DNA of 35,914 bases from a virus (Duplodnaviria > Caudoviricetes): positions 1 to 35,914 of IMG/VR virus record IMGVR_UViG_3300035675_000020; one strand, written 5' to 3'. The notes under the pieces were generated by a model. The model worked only from the letters and a program-made list of their open reading frames with translations, made no database searches and had not been told where the DNA came from. Shown here in pieces: positions 29,418 to 35,842 of this stretch; position 1 is the stretch's first letter; each line of letters opens with the position of its first letter. The translations under genes were made by a program, and so were the position numbers.

Positions 29418-30539
29418 ATGAAACTCAACGGCATAGAGACATTTACGAAAGTAATGAATATTTCCAGTTGGTCTAAGATCAATGGGGTAACGTGGGCTGG
29501 CGGCTTCAATTGGGCTGATATTTACACATACACCACAAACGCTACGGCTACGACAATCACGAATTGGATTGGCGCGGCTATTTCGACGTCTCCGAATGTA
29601 CCGGCTACTATAGACGGCCAACCCGTGGTTGTTACGGCTTCCTCGACGTTTAATGGCAAGACAGCACTGACTAATTGTTATATAGACGGTACGGTGACGT
29701 TTGTTGATAATAGCATGACAAATGCGTTTAGGAATTGTTCGAACCTTATAGGGGTCAACGCCATACCCAACTCGGTAACCGACATGGTTAATGCCTTTTC
29801 GAATTGTTCAAAACTTGTCAATGCGCCTACTATTGGTACTAATGTAACAAATATGAGATATACGTTTTCTAACTGCTCGAATCTTGTGAATGCGCCAGTG
29901 ATACCTAACTCCGTGACTAGCATGGGGTACACCTTTAATTATTGCATTAACCTTGTTAATGCACCAGTTATACCCGCGAATGTGACGGATATGGGTGGTA
30001 CCTTTCGCCACTGCAATGAGATAGCAGATGCCCCTGAAATACCTAATAAAGTGACAGATATGCAATTAGCATTCGATTTCTGTTCGAACCTGATTAATGC
30101 CCCAACGATTCCCAATAGTGTTATCAATATGTACAGTACATTTATATATTGTAACAGACTCGTGAATGCGCCCGTGATAGGCGCAAACGTAGTAAATATG
30201 CAGCAAACATTTTATAGCTGCGCAAGGCTTGTGAATGCGCCCGTAATACCCGCGAACGTGACGGTCATAAACCAGACATTTTTTAACTGCTCGAATCTTG
30301 TGAATGCGCCAGTGATAGGCGCAAACGTGGTGAAGATGGGGGGGACTTTTGATAAGTGTACGAATTTGACTGGCAACATCACACTGGTTAACACGTCAGT
30401 GACACAGGCTAACATGGCAAACTGCTTTAACAACACAAGCGCCGCAAAGACTGTACGCTGTCCGACCGGATCGACGACTTACACATCCGCAATGGCTGTT
30501 TGGGATGGTAAAAACGGGGTAACTGTAGTAGCATACTAA
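29418..30539 (+). CDS. BspA-like leucine-rich-repeat protein (putative receptor-binding protein/adhesin)
   Basis: Nine 23-aa repeats of the form NLVNAPVIPNSVTxMxxTFxxC. Confidence 0.85.
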   Translation: MKLNGIETFTKVMNISSWSKINGVTWAGGFNWADIYTYTTNATATTITNWIGAAISTSPNVPATIDGQPVVVTASSTFNGKTALTNCYIDGTVTFVDNSMTNAFRNCSNLIGVNAIPNSVTDMVNAFSNCSKLVNAPTIGTNVTNMRYTFSNCSNLVNAPVIPNSVTSMGYTFNYCINLVNAPVIPANVTDMGGTFRHCNEIADAPEIPNKVTDMQLAFDFCSNLINAPTIPNSVINMYSTFIYCNRLVNAPVIGANVVNMQQTFYSCARLVNAPVIPANVTVINQTFFNCSNLVNAPVIGANVVKMGGTFDKCTNLTGNITLVNTSVTQANMANCFNNTSAAKTVRCPTGSTTYTSAMAVWDGKNGVTVVAY

Positions 30540-30541
30540 AC

Positions 30542-31528
30542 ATGAAAAAAGAAATCGACGTTATAATTCCTGCTTACAAAGCGCACAAGACTATAGCCCG
30601 CACGCTGGCTTCGATTGCTGCGCAAACAATAGCCAGCAAGGTTGTAGTGACTATTGTTAATGATGCTGACGAGAAAGGATACGAGCAGTATAAGGGACTG
30701 TTCGGCAATCTTGAGATCAATGTAGTCGACCTTAAGACTAATGGCGGCCCGGGGGTGGCACGACAAGTCGGTATGAATGCTACTAAGTGCCCGTTCGTTA
30801 CGTTTATCGATGCAGATGATACCTTTGCAGGGGCTTTCGCATTGGAGATACTGCTTAAAGGCATGGAAGACGCTGCTTATCACACGGTTGTCGGGGGTTT
30901 TGCAGAAGAACAGCCTGGATTGCACTTTGTGTCTCATCAAAATGACCTCATATGGATGTTTGGCAAGCTATACAGACGGTCGTTTCTTGATAAGTATAAG
31001 ATACGATTCAACGAAACGCGCGCCAATGAGGACAACGGGTTCAACACATTCGTACGATTGGTATCATCGGAGCAAGAGAAGGTCATGTTTATTCCGGATA
31101 TTGTGTATTACTGGCACTGGAAAGAGGATTCGATAACCAGGATCAATAACGCTCAGTATTCCTATGACCAAAGCTTTGTCGGGTATGTGGATAACATGAT
31201 CTATGCCATAAAGAGCGCAAAGAAGTTGAAGCCATTCAATAACTATATCGACATGTGGTCAATACAGGTTATGGCTCAATTGTACATCTACTATTATCAG
31301 ACAGTGCGTAGAGACCCTCGGTTTACCGAGCAAAACTATAGCTATTGTGTAAAGTACTACGAAGAGGTATTTTCTGAGTTATGGTCTAAATACGGCATAG
31401 ACGGTTGCCGGGACATATTTGGAGAAACATTAGCACAAAGATCGCATGACATGATGGACATAGTACCAGACAAGGCCATACATCAATTTATAGAAGACTT
31501 AAACAATGAAAACGGACTCACAACTTAA
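30542..31528 (+). CDS. GT2-family glycosyltransferase
   Basis: DVIIPAYKAHKTI, IVND, NGGPGVARQVG, FIDADD, GKLYRRSFL and NED. Confidence 0.92.
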   Translation: MKKEIDVIIPAYKAHKTIARTLASIAAQTIASKVVVTIVNDADEKGYEQYKGLFGNLEINVVDLKTNGGPGVARQVGMNATKCPFVTFIDADDTFAGAFALEILLKGMEDAAYHTVVGGFAEEQPGLHFVSHQNDLIWMFGKLYRRSFLDKYKIRFNETRANEDNGFNTFVRLVSSEQEKVMFIPDIVYYWHWKEDSITRINNAQYSYDQSFVGYVDNMIYAIKSAKKLKPFNNYIDMWSIQVMAQLYIYYYQTVRRDPRFTEQNYSYCVKYYEEVFSELWSKYGIDGCRDIFGETLAQRSHDMMDIVPDKAIHQFIEDLNNENGLTT

Positions 31529-31865
31529 AGCAATGGTAGACAGCGCATGCAGCGAGAAGTATACTGAACTCAAGATAGAACTAACGGAACTGCGTGCCGA
31601 TTTCAAGATCGGTATACAAAAGTTGCAATCCAGTGTTGAGGCTATAAAAAAAAACCTCGAGGATTCTCTAAATGCTGACAAGGGATTACATCAAAAGCTC
31701 AAAGAACTCGAGGATCGTATGGATGATGTCGACGTAGCGGAAAAAGTACGAATTGCGAACAGGAAGCTACTTTATGCAATAGGGGGTTTTTTAGGGTTAT
31801 CATCTTTGCCGAACTTCATAAATCTAGTTCAGCAAATAATTAAACTATTTACAAAACAACCATGA
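31506..31865 (+). CDS. Coiled-coil protein with a C-terminal membrane segment (holin/XhlA-like)
   Basis: Coiled coil followed by LLYAIGGFLGLSSL; immediately upstream of the endolysin. Confidence 0.55.
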   Translation: MKTDSQLKAMVDSACSEKYTELKIELTELRADFKIGIQKLQSSVEAIKKNLEDSLNADKGLHQKLKELEDRMDDVDVAEKVRIANRKLLYAIGGFLGLSSLPNFINLVQQIIKLFTKQP

Positions 31866-32662
31866 ATATAGTTCAAATGCCGATTAGCAATAACTACACT
31901 GCGGGTCGCAAGGTAGGCGCTAAGACCTACAAGATTAAACGAATTGTTCTCCATACTGTAGCGGGAAAGAGTACCGGACAAGGAATACACGATTGGTTTG
32001 ACAAAGCATCGACGCAGGCAAGCGCGCATTATTATGTGCATAGTGATGGTTCTATCTATCAATACGTACAAGACGAGGATGTCGCATGGCATGCAGGAAC
32101 GGTTAAACAGCCAAACAACAACTGGGAATCAGTAGGCATCGAATTCTGGGATAATGGTGAGTGGTCTGGTAGCAAGGGCAAGAAGAGAACAGACGCCTTG
32201 TACGCAGCGGGGTCGGAATTAATCGCCAGCTTATGCAAGAAGCACGGTGTGAAGTGCGAATTGCTAAGTAAGAACGATGCGTGGGGCAATGGAATTGGCA
32301 AACATAACTATTACGCAGCTAAGGCATGTCCGGGAGATTTGGATTGTGAGCGGTTTATTGAGGGTGCGAACGAAATACTCGCAGCCCCAACGACCCCTCC
32401 AGATACCTCTGACACCTGTAAGGCAGAACGAGAGCAAATAGAGGCACTACAGGCTCAGCTAGAGGTATCCGAGAAGGACATCGAAGCCAAGGGGTTGACC
32501 ATTGCTATAATGACGAAGAAAGCCGAAGATTGGAAAGCTAAGTATGATATTGCACTTGCAAAATTAAAGAAAATGGAGGATGATGATATTAAAGAACACA
32601 AGGAACTCTCGACCCTATCCGGAAGATTGAAGGCGGCTTTGAAAGCCTTGCAGGGTCAATAA
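31862..32662 (+). CDS. Endolysin, N-acetylmuramoyl-L-alanine amidase (Amidase_2)
   Basis: IVLHT, SAHYYV, AWHAG, SVGIE, H...KACPG; C-terminal coiled coil. Confidence 0.93.
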   Translation: MNIVQMPISNNYTAGRKVGAKTYKIKRIVLHTVAGKSTGQGIHDWFDKASTQASAHYYVHSDGSIYQYVQDEDVAWHAGTVKQPNNNWESVGIEFWDNGEWSGSKGKKRTDALYAAGSELIASLCKKHGVKCELLSKNDAWGNGIGKHNYYAAKACPGDLDCERFIEGANEILAAPTTPPDTSDTCKAEREQIEALQAQLEVSEKDIEAKGLTIAIMTKKAEDWKAKYDIALAKLKKMEDDDIKEHKELSTLSGRLKAALKALQGQ

Positions 32663-32736
32663 TCTTTTAATGTACAATCATAAAAAGATTGCTATACAGT
32701 TACGCAAAAATTTGTGCAAGACGCGAGCGTGGGCGC

Positions 32737-32811
32737 ATGTTCAGATTTTGGGTCTGGATGTGGACGTTTGTTGCTGCACTAGCTATATTAGTTATTATGT
32801 TTAACCAATGA
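32737..32811 (+). CDS. Single-transmembrane micropeptide (24 aa; 40 aa if TTG 32689 is the start)
   Basis: MFRFWVWMWTFVAALAILVIMFNQ*; ATGA overlap with 32808. Confidence 0.45.
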   Translation: MFRFWVWMWTFVAALAILVIMFNQ

Positions 32812-33017
32812 ATATCCGAAGTATACTCACGGATCCCAAGGTAGCAGATATTGCCAAGGGTCTTTTTTATGCTGGTATTGAGTTGATTGTTGTTGTACTC
32901 GCCTCTGAAGCGTTTCAGGCGTTGCTCAATGAGAGGATCGACGATAAGGCCTTATACAGTGTGGTAATTGTTGTTGTCATTTGGTTGAGAGGTAGGCTAT
33001 CAACTGTTCACGAATAA
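32808..33017 (+). CDS. Putative holin (two transmembrane helices)
   Basis: GLFYAGIELIVVVLA and ALYSVVIVVVIWL with a basic C-terminus; lies after the endolysin. Confidence 0.6.
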   Translation: MNIRSILTDPKVADIAKGLFYAGIELIVVVLASEAFQALLNERIDDKALYSVVIVVVIWLRGRLSTVHE

Positions 33018-33018
33018 G

Positions 33019-33219
33019 ATGTACTCGATAACGTACAAAAAAACCTTCATGGGAACACAAGCGATCGTGCTATTCAACGATAAAGAGGAAGCTTATCAGG
33101 AATACGAGCAGTTGCTAGTGCATCCTAACACTCAGTACGTTATTTTAAAAAAAGACGAGCGTATTTTAGGTCAATATACTAACAAAAAGTATGCTTTACG
33201 ATCCAGAAACAGGAGATGA
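33019..33219 (+). CDS. Hypothetical protein
   Basis: 66-aa ORF packed between its neighbours. Confidence 0.55.
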   Translation: MYSITYKKTFMGTQAIVLFNDKEEAYQEYEQLLVHPNTQYVILKKDERILGQYTNKKYALRSRNRR

Positions 33220-33631
33220 TTATAACGAGCATCCTCTAGCACCTATTGAGGGTGGGGAATATGCCTTTAGCAAGAGATCGCGCGATATCATTAGGCGCCG
33301 CGCAGGCGGGAGGTCTGAACTTTCAGGACGAGTAGATACAGAGATGCATTGTTCCCATATCAATCATAATCATAATAGGCGCGACTACGATTCCCCTGAC
33401 AATGGGCTTTATCTAACTGTTCCGGAACATCTGGCCTATCACCTATTAGCCGTCTGCGATGCCAGATCAATCGGACTCTCCGAAAGTGAAAATAGTTTTG
33501 CAGTCAATACTCTCGCACTTCACGTCCACGATGATGACCGTGCAATCCAACAGGCGCTTGATATGTGGTACGAATTAGACGATCCCCATGAGCTAATCGA
33601 CGATGCTAAATTGCCCGGTGACTGGGACTAG
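33191..33631 (+). CDS. HNH-like protein
   Basis: MHCSHINH...DNGLYLTVPEHLAYH; the usual CxxC is replaced by SELS. Confidence 0.6.
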   Translation: MLYDPETGDDYNEHPLAPIEGGEYAFSKRSRDIIRRRAGGRSELSGRVDTEMHCSHINHNHNRRDYDSPDNGLYLTVPEHLAYHLLAVCDARSIGLSESENSFAVNTLALHVHDDDRAIQQALDMWYELDDPHELIDDAKLPGDWD

Positions 33632-33643
33632 TCAACATACCCC

Positions 33644-33672
33644 TTGACAATTATTCTTCAGTATGTTATATT
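33644..33672 (+). promoter_or_regulatory. Strong sigma70-type promoter (early region)
   Basis: TTGACA-17 bp-TATATT with extended TG; GTCAA-8-TTGAC inverted repeat (33631-33648) overlaps the -35. Confidence 0.75.
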
Positions 33673-33684
33673 GCGTTCAATTGA

Positions 33685-33806
33685 TTGAGCTACGCCAAAA
33701 TCACAGACGATCTCGAAATTTAAGAAGGAATTATGTTGTTAGAATGGCGTTGTTAAGATTTGAGCTGCGCCAATAGCTGCGCAAGACCTGCGCCAAAGCT
33801 ACGCAA
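33685..33806 (+). repeat. Five copies of an (A)GCTRCGC(C)AA motif
   Basis: One copy at 33685-33698, then four tandem copies at 33761-33806 with an 11-13 nt period. Confidence 0.7.
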
Positions 33807-33832
33807 TAAATTAAATTTATTTTATTATATTT

Positions 33833-34201
33833 ATGAAGAAAGATACTATAACTGTTAACGGGGTAGAGTACATTCGTAAGGATAGCGTACCTTGCCAAGC
33901 TACTAAGCTTGACGGAATGGATTACTGTATAGTACGAACTTACTCCGCGGGTGTATTTGCCGGCTATGTGGAGTCGAGGAACGGGCAAGAAGCTGTGGTG
34001 CGCAACGCCCGGAGAATTTGGTACTGGAGCGGGGCTGCAAGCCTGTCACAACTAGCTGTAGACGGGACATCCGACCCAGATAATTGCAAATTTCCAGTTG
34101 AGGTGGACAGGGTTACCCTAACACAGGTGATCGAGATACTGGATTGCACCGAAAAAGCTAAGTTATCAATTCAGGAAGTACCAATATGGAAAAACCACTA
34201 G
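33833..34201 (+). CDS. DUF6948-like phage protein
   Basis: YCIVRTYSAGVFAG...NARRIWYWSGAASLSQLAVDG signature; family name recalled, not searched. Confidence 0.75.
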   Translation: MKKDTITVNGVEYIRKDSVPCQATKLDGMDYCIVRTYSAGVFAGYVESRNGQEAVVRNARRIWYWSGAASLSQLAVDGTSDPDNCKFPVEVDRVTLTQVIEILDCTEKAKLSIQEVPIWKNH

Positions 34202-34467
34202 GCTCTGGCTATGGCGATGGCAATGGCGATGGCTCTGGCTATGGCTCTGGCTATGGCTATGGCTCTGGCTATGGCTCTGGCGATGGCGATGGCTCTGGCT
34301 ATGGCTATGGCTCTGGCGATGGCGATGGCGATGGCGATGGCGATGGCTATGGCAATGGCGATGGCTATGGCTATGGCGATGGCAATGGCGATGGCTCTGG
34401 CGATGGCGATGGCTATGGCTATGGCGATGGCAATGGCTCTGGTTATGGCAATGGCTCTGGCTCTTAA
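34186..34467 (+). CDS. Gly-X (X=S/Y/D/N) repeat protein
   Basis: MEKPL followed by 44 GX units; overlaps the upstream gene by 16 nt. Confidence 0.6.
   Translation: MEKPLGSGYGDGNGDGSGYGSGYGYGSGYGSGDGDGSGYGYGSGDGDGDGDGDGYGNGDGYGYGDGNGDGSGDGDGYGYGDGNGSGYGNGSGS
34201..34464. repeat. Hexamer tandem repeat GGC(TCT/TAT/GAT/AAT) x44
   Basis: Directly visible; only one unit begins with GGT (34441). Confidence 0.95.
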
Positions 34468-34484
34468 ATTAATAAACACAAAAT

Positions 34485-34652
34485 ATGTTACTATTATCTG
34501 CTCTATGTTTCATAATTTTCGGATATACCACAGGTGCTTATAGCTTCGGCATGCTTATGTTAGGATGCTTGTTGTTAGCTGTATGGATGGTTAGATGTTT
34601 CATAAAAGACGATACTAAAGTGACAGTATGTAAGGCAAGGATTAGAGTTTAA
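34485..34652 (+). CDS. Small two-TM membrane protein (55 aa, absent from the ORF track)
   Basis: MLLLSALCFIIFGYTTGAYSFGMLMLGCLLLAVWMVRCFIKDDTKVTVCKARIRV*; AT-rich leader like neighbouring genes. Confidence 0.55.
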   Translation: MLLLSALCFIIFGYTTGAYSFGMLMLGCLLLAVWMVRCFIKDDTKVTVCKARIRV

Positions 34653-34833
34653 TTATTTAACAGGCAGGTGTGTTGCAACCATAAACCCTTTAAAGGTGGA
34701 GTGGCTCTGCGCAGTGGACAACTCCAGAGAACGGAACCTAAGCAAAACACACGAGGTGACTAAATCTGTTCTTCTCGATATCGAGAACAGGAGGCATTAG
34801 AAGTACAATAATGCCCCTGCCTGTTAGGTAGTT
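34651..34833 (+). ncRNA. Putative multibranch structured RNA of unknown class
   Basis: 18-bp closing stem 34651-34668/34816-34833 with three G-U pairs and no mismatch; several internal hairpins. Confidence 0.6.
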
Positions 34834-34859
34834 AGAGTTTAATTATAACTTAGAAATAT

Positions 34860-35312
34860 ATGAGAGAAATTAAATTCCGTGGACTTACAATTGATGGGAA
34901 GGTTTGGGTTTATGGCTCTTTATTGCAAATTGATTATCATAACTCAATCGATTATGTGATAACTACACAAATTGTTCTTCCTAACTGTCATGAGTATGAT
35001 GTGGATCCAGCTACAGTCGGACAATATTCTGGCTTGCAAGATAAGAATGGTAAAGAGATTTTCGAAGGGGATATTGTCGAGTTTTATATTGATGGAGATA
35101 AAAATGCTGAAATGGCTCAAGGTATAGTTAGATATAGTGAGCGTCGAGCCGCTTTTATGTTCAAAGTGGATGAAATAGTTAGTGTTTTAATTGGATTAAA
35201 TATTCCCCACTCGATTAGCTGCTTTGATGATGCCAATAATTGCAAGGTTATTGGCAACATCTATGAGAATAGCAACCTTCTTGACAAACCAGATACGAAA
35301 ATCCAGAACTAA
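34860..35312 (+). CDS. yopX: YopX family protein
   Basis: MREIKFRG, WVYGSL, VDPATVGQYSGLQDKNGKEIFEGDIV and VIGNIYEN. Confidence 0.93.
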   Translation: MREIKFRGLTIDGKVWVYGSLLQIDYHNSIDYVITTQIVLPNCHEYDVDPATVGQYSGLQDKNGKEIFEGDIVEFYIDGDKNAEMAQGIVRYSERRAAFMFKVDEIVSVLIGLNIPHSISCFDDANNCKVIGNIYENSNLLDKPDTKIQN

Positions 35313-35336
35313 AACCGAATTGATACAGGTGTGATT

Positions 35337-35454
35337 TAGTAGACGTTGAACGCCACTTCTACCGTCTACAAAAGATCTAGTAGACGTTAGAACGTTAGTT
35401 AGTACTTAGACACCCCCTAGGAGTGGGGCAGATCTCCTAGGGTATGTGTGAGTA
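35337..35454 (+). promoter_or_regulatory. Intergenic structured RNA with alternative hairpins
   Basis: TAGTAGACGTT occurs twice flanking a complementary segment; downstream ccctaggag/ctcctaggg hairpin. Confidence 0.5.
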
Positions 35455-35476
35455 TTTAAATTATTTATATTAAATT

Positions 35477-35665
35477 ATGTCAAACAAGAAAGAAGAATTA
35501 GTCGAAGAGGTGTTTATTGTCAAACCGTGCTATCAGGAACTTCCGATAAGACGAAAGGCCGCGATTTTGAAGCTTCTTAGCGAATGGGCGAATAAAGAGC
35601 TTGATAAGCTACCCAGATTAGTAACAGGCGTTAAGAAAGTAAATAAGCAATCTAGTAAGAAGTAG
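35477..35665 (+). CDS. Hypothetical protein
   Basis: 62-aa ORF with an AT-rich leader. Confidence 0.6.
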   Translation: MSNKKEELVEEVFIVKPCYQELPIRRKAAILKLLSEWANKELDKLPRLVTGVKKVNKQSSKK

Positions 35666-35667
35666 TA

Positions 35668-35695
35668 TTTACTTTCTACTCTGTAATGTTATAAT
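35668..35695 (+). promoter_or_regulatory. Extended -10 promoter
   Basis: TTTACT-16 bp-TATAAT preceded by TGn; predicted start near 35701. Confidence 0.65.
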
Positions 35696-35700
35696 AAAAA

Positions 35701-35842
35701 TGATTTGATCTGACTGAGTAATAGTGCCTTCTAGCCTTATCGCTGCGTATCGCTGTAGGGGCTGCGTGAATCTAGGGCTTTATCTACGTCGACGTGTTAA
35801 AGCTAATCGCTAGCGGGTTGGAATCCCGTGATCAAGTCACCC
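35701..35842 (+). ncRNA. tRNA-like non-coding RNA (not a canonical tRNA)
   Basis: 10-bp terminal stem 35701-35710/35830-35839 stacked on a T-arm GCGGG-TTGGAAT-CCCGT (35813-35829). Confidence 0.6.

Noticed and set aside
29418-30539. Diversity-generating retroelement target
   Set aside because: No reverse transcriptase is in the window and I saw no template/variable repeat pair differing only at adenines; one outside the window cannot be excluded.
33685-33806. Possible mini-CRISPR array or link to the Cas4-like nuclease
   Set aside because: Repeats are only 10-14 nt and mostly abut without spacers; there are no cas genes, and the nuclease sits in a recombination context.
280-34149. Numerous minus-strand and nested alternative-frame ORFs in the track (e.g. 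12001-12528, 13035-13556, 8292-8759, 33731-33988)
   Set aside because: They shadow well-supported + strand genes and carry no recognisable motifs; the window is consistently co-oriented.
34198-34543. MAMAMA (+) and AIAIAI (-) repeat ORFs
   Set aside because: These are alternative readings of the hexamer repeat; the Gly-X frame has a coupled ATG and a stop exactly at the repeat end.
35701-35842. Canonical tRNA gene
   Set aside because: There is no D-arm or anticodon arm at canonical spacing, the T-loop lacks the TTC and no CCA is encoded; retained only as tRNA-like.
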